NCBI GenBank assembly: GCA_965208835.1
Contig: OZ242358.1
Coordinates: 3,936,001 to 4,000,000, forward strand
Length of the DNA: 64,000 bases
From: Candidatus Latescibacterota bacterium
GTDB taxonomy: Bacteria > Latescibacterota > UBA2968 > GCA-2709665
Direction of reading: 5' to 3'
Below, in pieces: positions 1 to 9,679 of this stretch (position 1 is the stretch's first letter; every line of letters starts with the position of its first letter). Made by a program: the position numbers and the translations under genes. The notes under the pieces are model-generated. The model made no database searches and was not told the DNA's origin. It worked only from the letters and a program-made list of their open reading frames with translations.

Positions 1-813
1 CCGCAACATGGCTCTTCGATAGAGGACCACCCTGTAACCCGGCCGTGCGTGGGTCATCACGCGGCGCTGGATCTCCACGAACGGCACCAGATACAGCGTC
101 GACCGGTACTGGTACCGCGTCAGCACCCGTACAAGCTCCTCGGTATTGCGCTGCGAGCTTCGGTTGGTATACGGCTGGCTGTGAAAGTGCACGAACGAGA
201 GCCGCACGCCGCGTTTCATTGTCTTGTAAGAAGCGACCGGCGAGTCGATGCCCGATGACAACAGACTGACCGCACGCTCGTTCGCGCCAACGGGAAGACC
301 GCCGGGCCCGGATGTCTTCCCGGTATAGATGAAAGCGCCCTGGTAGGCGACTTCGATGAAACAGGTCAGGTCCGGGTCGTCCAGCATGACCCGGGCCCGG
401 GAGAGCGTCTGGACATGGGCGCCCACGTCGCGGTTGATCTCCTCGGACGTGAGCGGGAAACTCCTGTCGCCGCGACGCGCGGCAATCTTGAACGAGCGAA
501 AGTCCTCTTTTCGAACGGCGTCCCAGGCCCCCGTCCGCAGGTCTTCGATGGTGTTGGGGACGCGAATGGCTTCGGAAAAATTCGCAATCCCGAACACGTC
601 AACCAGGCGCTCGCGGATGGCCTCGATTCCCGCATCCGGGGGCAGTTCCAGGATGATGCGACCGGAAAGGCGCCGGACGGCCCCGCGCGGCAGGCCTTTC
701 AACGCGCGAGTGACGTTGGTGCACAGCTGCCGTTCGAAGCGTCCGCGGTTCCTGCCCTTCAGGCCGATTTCGTGGTAATGGATGAGAACAACGCGTTCGT
801 GCGCGGCGCCCAT
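1..813 (-). CDS. thiI: tRNA 4-thiouridine(8) synthase ThiI (runs off the left window edge)
   Basis: Not in the ORF track. Manual translation from ATG at 813 gives MGAAHERVVLIHYHEIGLKGRNRGRFE..., then GLPVG and the PP-loop LLSSGIDSPVA...KRG...VHFHSQPYT, typical of ThiI. Confidence 0.92.
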   Translation of the reverse strand, partial: MGAAHERVVLIHYHEIGLKGRNRGRFERQLCTNVTRALKGLPRGAVRRLSGRIILELPPDAGIEAIRERLVDVFGIANFSEAIRVPNTIEDLRTGAWDAVRKEDFRSFKIAARRGDRSFPLTSEEINRDVGAHVQTLSRARVMLDDPDLTCFIEVAYQGAFIYTGKTSGPGGLPVGANERAVSLLSSGIDSPVASYKTMKRGVRLSFVHFHSQPYTNRSSQRNTEELVRVLTRYQYRSTLYLVPFVEIQRRVMTHARPGYRVVLYRRAMLR

Positions 814-918
814 GGCGTCTCTCGGGGAAATCGATCGCGGGAAAGCAGGCCGGTTGACCCGTCCTGCGGTACGGCGGTGCAGGTCCGGCGCTCCAGGGGA
901 TTCGACATTACATCTTCC

Positions 919-1086
919 TTAGCAGCCCGTTGAAAAAGTCCATCCGCGCTGCGGCCGGCCCTTGCGGTCGAAATACTGCGTTGCGCGCCCTCGCCGAATC
1001 GATGGATGGGACTCGGTTGCGCGCCTTGTCTTCGGCCACAATGGCTCGGCCTCGCCTGCAGAGCGACTTTATCAACGGACTGTTAG
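919..1086. mobile_element. MITE-like element, family A, copy 1
   Basis: The ends TTAGCAGCCCGTTGAAAAAGTC and GACTTTATCAACGGACTGTTAG form an 18/22 inverted repeat with TTAG at both extremities. A related copy lies at 36014-36121. Confidence 0.75.
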
Positions 1087-2181
1087 AAGCCAATAGAGAT
1101 TATGAAGGAAGTTGCGGTTGTCGCCGTCGACGTATATCATCTCGCCTCCCATTCGGCTGAACGACTTGCAGAACCTGAGGTAATACGCCGGGTTGTCTTT
1201 GGGAGGTTCGCCACTGGACCAATCCCAGGTCATCGGCGCGAGATCGTTGACAGCTATGAGCGGGCGTATTACGCGTTTGTTTTCCTGAATTCGTAGATTA
1301 TTGGCCAGTGAGAGGGCTTTCTCAAAGACCTGCGGCGCCATGACAGCCGAGCCACTTGAGAGGAAAACGCCCCCATCCAGATCCACCACGCCCCTAGCGA
1401 ACACCCGGAAGTCGATATCCGCGCCGCGTCCGATTGCCGCGCCATTGGCCAGGTGATGGTTGTGGATGATATCGTAGCCGATGCCCGGATGTACCGTAAG
1501 TGGCACGCCGAGACGGTATGCCTGGGCCGTGACGGACGCATCCTTGAAAGGGTGTTCCACGCGGCAGCGGCCGGAAGGAATGCCGAAACGGGAGACGACC
1601 TGGAGCAGTTCGGCGTACGCGGGCATTGCGGGTGAGTCCGTGGGGACTGCGGCCCATTCGCGCAGGGCGGATACCAGGTCGTCGCGGCCGGGGATATCGC
1701 AGCCGTCTTCCGAAATGAACTTCCCCAGCGATTCGCCGTAGCCCCTGCCCTCCAGCGCACCGGCGAGAACGGCCAGATGGATGTATCGGCCGGTTTCCTC
1801 CCACGTACCGAAACACCCCGTCGCGACATTTGCCCGCACGTCTTCTTCGGAACGCCCCTGAAAGGCATACTCCCAGTCGTGAATCGTTCCGGCGCCGTTG
1901 GTGGCCAGATGGGTGATCCAACCGCCCTCCATCAGACGGGTCACGACCGGCCCCAGGCCGTTCTTGACCAGATGGGCGCCGTACGCCAGCATGACGGAGG
2001 CGCCCCGCCGCCTGGCGTCGCGGATTTCTTCGGCAACGCGCCGCAGCCTGTCCGCCAGCAGCCCGGAGCCGGGCGCAGGCGCGTCGGGATCGACCATGAT
2101 CTCGTCGATCGAGAACTTGCTCCGCCTCTCCGACAGAGATCTGAGGACGAGATCCCGATGGTCAATCTGTTGATACGGCAT
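1072..2181 (-). CDS. Deoxyhypusine-synthase-like (DHS-fold) protein of unknown function
   Basis: Motifs GAHLVKNGLGP, HLATNGAGTIHDWE, TVHPGIGYDIIH and GSAVMAPQVFEKALS match bacterial DHS-like uncharacterised proteins. Confidence 0.7.
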   Translation of the reverse strand: MPYQQIDHRDLVLRSLSERRSKFSIDEIMVDPDAPAPGSGLLADRLRRVAEEIRDARRRGASVMLAYGAHLVKNGLGPVVTRLMEGGWITHLATNGAGTIHDWEYAFQGRSEEDVRANVATGCFGTWEETGRYIHLAVLAGALEGRGYGESLGKFISEDGCDIPGRDDLVSALREWAAVPTDSPAMPAYAELLQVVSRFGIPSGRCRVEHPFKDASVTAQAYRLGVPLTVHPGIGYDIIHNHHLANGAAIGRGADIDFRVFARGVVDLDGGVFLSSGSAVMAPQVFEKALSLANNLRIQENKRVIRPLIAVNDLAPMTWDWSSGEPPKDNPAYYLRFCKSFSRMGGEMIYVDGDNRNFLHNLYWLLTVR

Positions 2182-2193
2182 GAGCCTGCTTGC

Positions 2194-2625
2194 CTATTTG
2201 GCCACCCAGCCCCGCTTGAGTGGGACGTCGGGAGATTCCAGGACGCCGCCGTAGATCGTCACGGCGGTGATTTTTCCGTTCTGCATCCGGCACATATGCA
2301 CTTCGGTGGCATCCAGCTGTTTGCCGTACATTGCTTCGGGCAGTCCGGGAAGAGGCTGGTTTACGATACCCGTGAAGTGAAACTCCACAGCGGCCATGTC
2401 GTGGTCAGCGACGATATTGAGAATTTCGAGCTGCATGTCCCGCTCTTCCTCGTGACAGCCCTGCCAGAGCGCTACCAGCTTATCCGCACCCCGGATGTTC
2501 AGTGCGCCGCCGACCATGGTCGCGTCGTCGGCGTAGGTTTCGCGAAGTCGCTTCCAGTCACAGGCGAAGGCGGCTTCGAGGGACTCCCGTGCAATTCGAG
2601 CGTTGTTTTCGGCGGACATTCGCAT
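2194..2625 (-). CDS. SnoaL/NTF2-like (ester cyclase family) protein
   Basis: About 143 aa from the ATG after an AGGGAG RBS; the pattern YADDA...IRGADKL...AVEFHFTG...CRMQNGKI is NTF2-like. Confidence 0.7.
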   Translation of the reverse strand: MRMSAENNARIARESLEAAFACDWKRLRETYADDATMVGGALNIRGADKLVALWQGCHEEERDMQLEILNIVADHDMAAVEFHFTGIVNQPLPGLPEAMYGKQLDATEVHMCRMQNGKITAVTIYGGVLESPDVPLKRGWVAK

Positions 2626-2659
2626 CTCCCTTTGTAGTTGCCGGATCGTAGCCCTCTCT

Positions 2660-3448
2660 CTATTCCACGTCGGCGCCGATCCGGTATTGTTCGAGATTTC
2701 CCCTGTATTGCAGACCGAGAATCTCACGGGACCGTGCGACATTGCACGTTTTTTCGGCACCCGGCGTCCCCACGACGTGGAATACGTCGAAGTCTATATC
2801 CTGGGACTCCAGGCCCAGCCGGCAGGCTTCCGCGAGGTCGTGGCGGCACACCCAGCCCTGGCGGTAGGGGCGCGCTTCCGTACCCAGTTTTTCCCTGTAG
2901 CGGCCGATCCCGAGCCTGCTGTCAACGATGTAATCAGGCCGGAGCACGATGATGCGCAGCCCGAACGCGTCGTAAAACTGCCGGCACATCTCTTCCTGGA
3001 GGCGTTTCGTGACGCCGTAGAGGCCGCCGTCGGGACGCCTGACGTCGGCCGAGAAGAAGATGCCCCCGGGATGGGCGGTCTGGCACGAACCGATGTGCAC
3101 GATTCTCCCGATGCCGTGCCGCCGGGCGGATTCCAGCACGTTCCAGAGCCCCTTGACGTTGATAAGGAAGGGCTTTGCGTCGTCTGTGCCATGGGCGCCG
3201 GGTTCGTCCGAGTGGTACACCGCCATGTGCAGAACCGCGTCCATGCCCGCCACGGCACGATGAACGGCATCGAAATCCACGATATCACCGTGCACGACGT
3301 CGCCGCCCGTCCACTCGCCGTCGGTATCGTTCCAGGCTTGCCAGGCCTGCGGGCCGTAGTCGAAAGCCCGGATCCGATGGTTCCCGTCCAAAGCGGCCAG
3401 CGCCGCCCTTCCCAGCCAGCCCGCCGCGCCGAATACGACAATGTTCAT
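2660..3448 (-). CDS. NAD-dependent epimerase/dehydratase (extended SDR)
   Basis: GAAGWLG Rossmann motif and YGVTK (YxxxK) catalytic motif. Confidence 0.85.
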   Translation of the reverse strand: MNIVVFGAAGWLGRAALAALDGNHRIRAFDYGPQAWQAWNDTDGEWTGGDVVHGDIVDFDAVHRAVAGMDAVLHMAVYHSDEPGAHGTDDAKPFLINVKGLWNVLESARRHGIGRIVHIGSCQTAHPGGIFFSADVRRPDGGLYGVTKRLQEEMCRQFYDAFGLRIIVLRPDYIVDSRLGIGRYREKLGTEARPYRQGWVCRHDLAEACRLGLESQDIDFDVFHVVGTPGAEKTCNVARSREILGLQYRGNLEQYRIGADVE

Positions 3449-3478
3449 CTTCCTGGCTCCCCTCGCAATGAACAGGTG

Positions 3479-4885
3479 TCAGAACTTCTCCCCTGCAAGT
3501 CCGTATTTCCTGTAATAGTGACGAAATTGATCGTAGCTCAAGCTGAGCGACTCGGCCGCCTTGCGCTGGTTCCAGTTTGCGCGGCTCAGCGCGCTTCTGA
3601 GCAGGCCGAGTTCAAATGCCGTGACCTGATCGTCAAACCCGTCTCCGGGTGCGGCCACGGCCTCGCTGGTGATTTCCGGCGGCAGGTCCCGCGGCTCGAT
3701 GGACGCGCCCGTTGCCATGCACGCGGCGCGTTCGACGGCGAATTTGAGCTCACGCACGTTTCCAGGCCACGCGTAACCCAACAGCTGGCGCAGGGCGCTT
3801 TCCGAAAACGGTCGGGCCTCGAGGCCCGGCACCTCCCGGACGATCTGTTCGACGAAAAATCCGGCGAGCGGATGGATGTCTTCACGACGCTCCCGAAGCG
3901 GAGGAATGCGGATGATTTCAAAACGCAGGCGGTCGTAGAGATCCTGCCGGAAACGGCCTTCACCAATCTCGCGCTCGAGGTTGGCATTCGTGGCGGCAAT
4001 GATACGTACGTCCACGCTGGTCGGCGCGGCGCCACCCACCCGTTGAATTTCCTGGTACTCGATGGCGCGCAAGACGTTCTGCTGGAACTCGGGCGTGGTG
4101 TTGCCGATCTCGTCCAGCAACAGAGTGCCGCCGTTTGCCGCTTCAAACCGGCCCGGCCGGGCTTCCGTGGCTCCGGTAAAGGCGCCTTTCTCATGGCCGA
4201 AGAGCTCGCTTTCCAGGAGGTTGGCGGAAAGGGCGGCGCAGTTGACTTTGACGAATGGACGATCTCTTCGTAACCCGCCGTAGTGGATCGCTGCGGCTAC
4301 GAGTTCCTTTCCGGTTCCGGGTTCGCCGAGAACCAGGACCGGTCGGGGTATGGAAGCGATGCGCTCTGCCTGTTGCATAATCCGCAGCATCTGGGAGCTG
4401 GCGTTTACCGTCCGGTACTTCTTCCCGAATTCGTCCCGGTAGAAACGGTTCTCCCGGTCCAGATCCTTTACCCTGGCCTGGAGGCGCGCGTTCTCCTTGA
4501 GTACGGCAAGTACGCGGTCGAGTTTTTCGAGGCTGAGTTCGAGCCTGTCCTCTATATAGAAATCCTTCTCGATAAAGTCGGAAGCACCCATGCGCAGGGC
4601 CGCAACGGCATTTTCCACGGTGCCCTTGCCCGTGAGGATAATGACCGGCAAATCGGGTGCGAGATCGCGAATCTGGCGAAGGATTTCGAGACCGTCCGGC
4701 TCGGCCGGTCCGAAATCGATATCCAGAATGGCCATGTCAACGTCCGAAACGTGCTTTCGCAGGTACGCAAAGGCGGCTCTTCCTGTTGGGAAAGCCCTCA
4801 CGATCCGGCCATCAACCTGAAGGCTTCGCGTGAGCATGCCCAGGATTTCGGACTGGTCGTCTGCGACAACGATTTGCGGGTTCAT
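3479..4885 (-). CDS. Sigma-54 enhancer-binding response regulator with a PspF-like AAA+/HTH region
   Basis: N-terminal receiver domain (ADD, ILDID, FIEK), Walker [15 protein letters not shown], Walker B LLDEIG, and C-terminal [23 protein letters not shown] resembling the PspF HTH. Confidence 0.92.
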   Translation of the reverse strand: MNPQIVVADDQSEILGMLTRSLQVDGRIVRAFPTGRAAFAYLRKHVSDVDMAILDIDFGPAEPDGLEILRQIRDLAPDLPVIILTGKGTVENAVAALRMGASDFIEKDFYIEDRLELSLEKLDRVLAVLKENARLQARVKDLDRENRFYRDEFGKKYRTVNASSQMLRIMQQAERIASIPRPVLVLGEPGTGKELVAAAIHYGGLRRDRPFVKVNCAALSANLLESELFGHEKGAFTGATEARPGRFEAANGGTLLLDEIGNTTPEFQQNVLRAIEYQEIQRVGGAAPTSVDVRIIAATNANLEREIGEGRFRQDLYDRLRFEIIRIPPLRERREDIHPLAGFFVEQIVREVPGLEARPFSESALRQLLGYAWPGNVRELKFAVERAACMATGASIEPRDLPPEITSEAVAAPGDGFDDQVTAFELGLLRSALSRANWNQRKAAESLSLSYDQFRHYYRKYGLAGEKF

Positions 4886-4888
4886 GAC

Positions 4889-6517
4889 TTACTCGATGAA
4901 TTCCTCGGCCAGCGGCAGCCTGGATGAAGATATCGGATCGCCGCTCCAGCCGATGCTGTCTGTTTCGGAAACGAGTTCGAAGTCCACCGGAATGTCGATG
5001 CGAAACACGGCTCCGGCGCCCGGTCTGCTGATCATGCGCAGGTTTCCCCTGTGGGCGGACACGATGCGCGAGCAGATGCTCAGGCCGAATCCATTGCCCT
5101 TTTCTTTGGTTGAGAACCCGGGATCGAAGATTCTGCCCTGGATCTCTTCCGATATGCCGGGCCCGTCGTCTTCCACTTCGATGAAAACCGAAGCCCGCTT
5201 ATTGTCGTAGCCGGCCTGTACCGTGACCACACCCTCCTCGTCTACGGCGTCCAGTGCGTTCAGAATCAGGTTGGTGACGGCTTCCCGCAACATGCCGGGG
5301 TCGACCTTGACCTGCGGAACCTGCGGCTCGTACACGAAGCGGAGCAACGCACCGCCGGTACGGGTAGAGACTGTCTCCCTGATTCTGCCCAACAACGGCG
5401 GAACGTCAACCAGTGTGGGGTTCAACGGGTCCTGCTTCATGCTGCGCAGATAGGCGACCCATTGGTCGTAGATGTGCTCCTGGTCCCGGGCGATCCCTGT
5501 CAGATCATCGAGAAATCTGTCTTCCTGCGGGACCCTTCGAATCAGCCGGCGTGTACGACTCCCGACCAGTCCCATCAGGTTCTTTATCTGGTGGCCCCGC
5601 GTGTACAGGCTCTCACCCACCTGCACACGCCCCATGTCGATGAGTTCGAGGGATAACCGTGCCAGAACCGAGGCTGCCTTTGCGCCGAACTCTTCGATGA
5701 TGGTCGTATATTCCTGCTCCATCTGCGCCGAACTCTTGTGATCGAACAAGAGATGCGCCAGGTTTCTGTAGGGCAGCGCGTAGTCCGGCTCGAGCTGGAT
5801 GGCTATCTTGAATGCGCCAAGTGCCTGGAGGGTCTGACCCGCTTGCATGAGCAGAACCCCAAGGTTGTTGTGACCCGGCGCGAACAGCGGATTCGCTTCA
5901 AGACCGCGACGGTAAACCATGATCGCTTCATCGACGTTTTCCGGAAGGTCGTCGAGGAAGCTGGCGAGCAGGAAGCAGGTGCCGTCCACGTTGCCGAAGG
6001 GCACCCCCCGATCCACGGCATCCAGAATATAACGAAGCGCGTCGACCGCCTGTTGCCGACCCGTCGATCCCGATTCCGCGCCCTCTGCCCGCAAGAGCGC
6101 CAGTTGAAAGTGCGCCGCCAGATGGTCAGGATCAAACCTGGTGGCGGCTTCGAGGTCCTTCAGTCCCCCTTTGAATCCGCCCTTGATCCGGCACAGGCCC
6201 ATCTTGAAATGCATGTCCGCGGCGCGGTCCGGGACAAGATCCAGGCAGACGGTAAAGCAGTCCAGCGCGTCCCCCCAACTGCCCTGTCTGAAGTGTACAA
6301 CGCCCAGGTTATGGCGCGCCCGCACATTCCCGGCATCCTCCGTCAATGCCGCCAGGTAGGCTGCTTCGGCACTCGCCAGGTCGCCAGTTTCCATCGCGTT
6401 GTCGCCGCCACGGCAGTGCCTCCGGGCGTCGGCATTCCCGGATTCAGGCAGGGTCCGGGCGATACCGATACGGTCGGACGGGGCCGGCGCGTTGTCCGGT
6501 AATTCGGATTTATTCAA
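4889..6517 (-). CDS. TPR-repeat sensor histidine kinase (apparently soluble)
   Basis: TPR helices (ARHNLGVVH, GHNNLGVLL), H-box-like GHQIKNLMG, N-box NLILNALDA, G1 EDDGPGI, F-box IFDPGFSTK and G2 GNGFGL; no evident transmembrane segment. Confidence 0.88.
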   Translation of the reverse strand: MNKSELPDNAPAPSDRIGIARTLPESGNADARRHCRGGDNAMETGDLASAEAAYLAALTEDAGNVRARHNLGVVHFRQGSWGDALDCFTVCLDLVPDRAADMHFKMGLCRIKGGFKGGLKDLEAATRFDPDHLAAHFQLALLRAEGAESGSTGRQQAVDALRYILDAVDRGVPFGNVDGTCFLLASFLDDLPENVDEAIMVYRRGLEANPLFAPGHNNLGVLLMQAGQTLQALGAFKIAIQLEPDYALPYRNLAHLLFDHKSSAQMEQEYTTIIEEFGAKAASVLARLSLELIDMGRVQVGESLYTRGHQIKNLMGLVGSRTRRLIRRVPQEDRFLDDLTGIARDQEHIYDQWVAYLRSMKQDPLNPTLVDVPPLLGRIRETVSTRTGGALLRFVYEPQVPQVKVDPGMLREAVTNLILNALDAVDEEGVVTVQAGYDNKRASVFIEVEDDGPGISEEIQGRIFDPGFSTKEKGNGFGLSICSRIVSAHRGNLRMISRPGAGAVFRIDIPVDFELVSETDSIGWSGDPISSSRLPLAEEFIE

Positions 6518-6542
6518 TCGGTTACACCTCGATCAAACGGGT

Positions 6543-8057
6543 TTATTCAGAGGCTTTTTCGGTTTTGTCTTCAGTGCCGTCCGCCGGATTCATCCCGCCT
6601 GCCATCCTGCCCAGAAACTCCGGCAGTTCCAGACCCGCCAGTTTTGCCAGTTCGTGCATGGGAGGAATGGCGCCCATCAGACGCTGACCGAGGTTGGTCA
6701 TACCTCCCTGTCCGTTGCCGCCGTCCCAGACCACGATCTTTTCCAGCGGGAGATTCCGAATGGCTTCGGCCTGTATGCCCGCAACCTCGGTCAACCGCTC
6801 CACGATGAGGAAGGCGGCGGCAGCCTGGTCCTTTCCGCCGCACGCGGCAACCAACTCCTTATAACCTTCGGCCTTGGCATCAAGGATGGCCTGGGTGCCC
6901 TCTGCTTCGGCCCTCCTCTCCGCCAGAATCGCGGCGGCCTCGCCTTCAGCCACAAGTGTTTTTCGGGTTTTCTCCGCCTCGGCCTGCACAACCAGCTTCT
7001 GTTTCTGCGCCTCGGCCTCTACGACGATTTCGGCCCTGAGTCGGGCTTCTTCGCGCAGCGACCGGGCTTCCTCGGCCTCTCTCTCCGCCTTTTCCTGGGC
7101 GACCCGGATGGCGCCGTCGGCGGCCTTGGCCGCCTCCTGTCCCGTCTGGCGCGCGACCTCTTCTGCTACCGTCTGCTGCGCCATGTAACCGGCCTTTTTT
7201 GAATCGGCCTCAGCCTCGGCCTGCACCGCTTCCGCGTCCAGAGCAGAGACCATCTGGCGTTTGTTTCTGGTGGCCTCCGCCTCCCCGATCTGGGCTTCGG
7301 ATTCCAGTGCGGCAACCCTCTGTCGCCTGTCCGTGGCGGCTTCCGCCTCGCCGATATCGGCGGCCGCGTTCGCGGCAGCCACGTCCGTACGCTGGTCACG
7401 CTCCCGTTCGGCCACACCCACCTTGCCCATTTTCTCCTGCTCGGCCACGTCGATGGCCGCCTGGTTGATGGCTTCGGCAGCCGCTTTCTGACCAAGGGCC
7501 TTGATATAGCCGCTCTCGTCTTCGATATCCTTGATATTCACATTGATCACGGAGAGACCGATTTTCTCCATTTCGGTTGACACGGCGTCATTGACCTTGG
7601 ACATAAACGCCTGCCGGTCCCGGTTGATTTCTTCGATTTCCATTGTGGCGATCACCGCCCGCATCTGGCCGAGGATGATATCCTGCGCCTGACTCTCGAT
7701 CTGTTCGCGCGAAAGACCCAACAGTCGGATTGCCGCATTTTGCATCACGCCGGTCTGATTTGAAACCGCTGCCGTGACGGTTGTGGGAACCGACACACGG
7801 ATGTTCTCCTGGGAAAGCGCGTTGTCCAGGTCTATGGGAACGACGAACGGCTCCAGGTCCAGATACTCGTAGTCCTGAAGGAGCGGAAGGACGAAGGCAG
7901 CGCCCCCATGTACGCACTTTGCGGCCCCTTTTCCGGTCTTTCCGTAGACGACCAGTATCTTGTTGGAGGGACACCGTTTGTACCTGGAAATGAACGTCAC
8001 GAACAGAAGAAACACCACCAGCAGCAAAATGATCGTTAGAATCGTCTCGGTTGCCAT
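6543..8057 (-). CDS. Flotillin family (SPFH/band 7) protein, FloT-like
   Basis: N-terminal TM helix, SRYKRCPSNKILVVYGK, SPFH domain, long A/E-rich coiled coil and KIVVWDGG tail. Confidence 0.92.
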   Translation of the reverse strand: MATETILTIILLLVVFLLFVTFISRYKRCPSNKILVVYGKTGKGAAKCVHGGAAFVLPLLQDYEYLDLEPFVVPIDLDNALSQENIRVSVPTTVTAAVSNQTGVMQNAAIRLLGLSREQIESQAQDIILGQMRAVIATMEIEEINRDRQAFMSKVNDAVSTEMEKIGLSVINVNIKDIEDESGYIKALGQKAAAEAINQAAIDVAEQEKMGKVGVAERERDQRTDVAAANAAADIGEAEAATDRRQRVAALESEAQIGEAEATRNKRQMVSALDAEAVQAEAEADSKKAGYMAQQTVAEEVARQTGQEAAKAADGAIRVAQEKAEREAEEARSLREEARLRAEIVVEAEAQKQKLVVQAEAEKTRKTLVAEGEAAAILAERRAEAEGTQAILDAKAEGYKELVAACGGKDQAAAAFLIVERLTEVAGIQAEAIRNLPLEKIVVWDGGNGQGGMTNLGQRLMGAIPPMHELAKLAGLELPEFLGRMAGGMNPADGTEDKTEKASE

Positions 8058-8208
8058 CGCAATCCCTCCTCAAATGAATATTCCACCATTGAACGAGATC
8101 ACTCCCGGGGGAGGATTCCAACCGGTTTCAATTCTCGATCCTTCTTCCGCGTTGTCGCGGGCCCGCAATCAGGACACTGCAAGCAAGGAGTTCGGAACCG
8201 GAAGTCAA

Positions 8209-8805
8209 TCAGGACGTGATGGGCTCGACCTCAAGCGTGGTTGGACTAACCACCCGGAGAATGCGGACAGGCGTTTTGGCCGAGACCGGCATGCCGTTTT
8301 TTCCGCGGGCAGATACGTAGGCGACCGTCCCGCTCTCTATCACCCGGACCTGCCCTGTGCCGCCCTCCGGTATATCCAGATACACTTCTCCCGACGTGCC
8401 GACGCAGGTATCCAGGCTGGCATTTCCAGTCTCGGTGAGCTGCCGGATGCCGTGGAAGAAATAGGCCACGACCGCCATGCCCGCGCTGCCCCAGACAAGC
8501 GCGTAGACAAGGGCGGTTCGAACTTCCAGCCCTCTTTGCAGATAGAGAGCGCCGGCCCACCCGAACAGCATGCCAAAGGCAATGAGAGACCTGATAGAAA
8601 GCAGCTTGAAAGAGGCAACCGTACCGTCGTTGAACTCCGGCCCGGAATCGCCGAAGTTCGCATCTCCAGACACGGCCGCGTCCGCACCTCCTCCGAGACC
8701 GAGCAAAGCCGCCAGGAGTTGCCAGACGAAAAACGCACTGAAGAAAATCGCCACGACGTAGAAAATCTGGTTGAGTACGGTCAGTTCCATCCACCAGCTA
8801 TCCAT
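8209..8805 (-). CDS. NfeD-like membrane protein (flotillin partner)
   Basis: Several TM helices followed by an OB-fold-like GTSGEVYLDIPEGGTGQVRV...VRILRV; lies directly upstream of the flotillin. Start taken at MDSWW. Confidence 0.85.
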   Translation of the reverse strand: MDSWWMELTVLNQIFYVVAIFFSAFFVWQLLAALLGLGGGADAAVSGDANFGDSGPEFNDGTVASFKLLSIRSLIAFGMLFGWAGALYLQRGLEVRTALVYALVWGSAGMAVVAYFFHGIRQLTETGNASLDTCVGTSGEVYLDIPEGGTGQVRVIESGTVAYVSARGKNGMPVSAKTPVRILRVVSPTTLEVEPITS

Positions 8806-9072
8806 ATCCGGCTCCCTTCTTCGTACCTCGTTGAATCTGCGCAGCCGATCTCCTGCAAGTGGACATAACGCGGGCTGCGTCCGGCAGCGTCCTGCGCCGC
8901 GAAATGTGATATAGAATATTCTCTGCGTCAATACAAAATCGTGACGGTTTCAGCAGGTGTCTGCCGATGCCGGGCCATTCACTGACCGTGATATCGTCCG
9001 GGAAACCGGCTGAATTTCAATGGCTGGCACCCTGGATCCCGGACCTGATCCCGGACCGGCCGTTATGCGGCA

Positions 9073-9648
9073 TCAGGAGGGCATCAGCCCCCGCTTCTTG
9101 AATTCGCCCTTCAATTGGTAACGTCCGCGGTTGAGCCAGGTCTTTACCGTCCCCATCGGAATCTGAAGCGCCAGGGTGATCTCTTCGTAGGACCAGTCCC
9201 GGACATAACGCATCCAGACGACCTTGCGGTACCTGGCCGGCAATGCGCGAATGCTCTTCCTGACCAGTTCGCGCTGCTGGTTTCGCTCCACCGAGACTTC
9301 CGGATTCTCGTCCACAACGGGCATGCGCGTGGCATCGGCGAGGGCCGCGGGGTCGTCGGTTACCTTTATCCACCTTCGGCGCACCTGCTGTTTGCGAAAG
9401 TGGGATTTGTGCACGTTCAGCGCAATCTGGGTAAGCCAGGTGGCGAATGCGGCCTCGCCTCTGTACGAGCCAAGAGCACCATACGCCTTCAGAAAGGCGG
9501 TTTGAACAAGATCCTGCGCGGTTTCTGGATCGCTCGTCCGTCGCACCATCGTCGCGTAGATTTGTTCATGACAGGCCCGGTAAAGAACACCAAAGGCAGC
9601 CGCGTCGCCATCGATTGCCCTTCGGACCAGATACTGTTCGTTTTCCAT
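9073..9648 (-). CDS. ECF RNA polymerase sigma factor (sigma-70 family)
   Basis: Region 2 AQDLVQTAFLKAY...FATWLTQIALN and region 4 SYEEIT...MGTVKTWLNRGR. Confidence 0.93.
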   Translation of the reverse strand: MENEQYLVRRAIDGDAAAFGVLYRACHEQIYATMVRRTSDPETAQDLVQTAFLKAYGALGSYRGEAAFATWLTQIALNVHKSHFRKQQVRRRWIKVTDDPAALADATRMPVVDENPEVSVERNQQRELVRKSIRALPARYRKVVWMRYVRDWSYEEITLALQIPMGTVKTWLNRGRYQLKGEFKKRGLMPS

Positions 9649-9679
9649 TTATTGGATTTCCTCTTTGAGGTACTGTGAA

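Noticed and set aside
2603-4273. 556-aa plus-strand ORF
   Set aside because: Antisense shadow of the SDR and sigma-54 regulator genes; no motifs; expected in high-GC DNA.
9022-9040. TGGCAC as a second sigma-54 promoter
   Set aside because: No TTGC at the -12 position and it is on the wrong strand for the operon.
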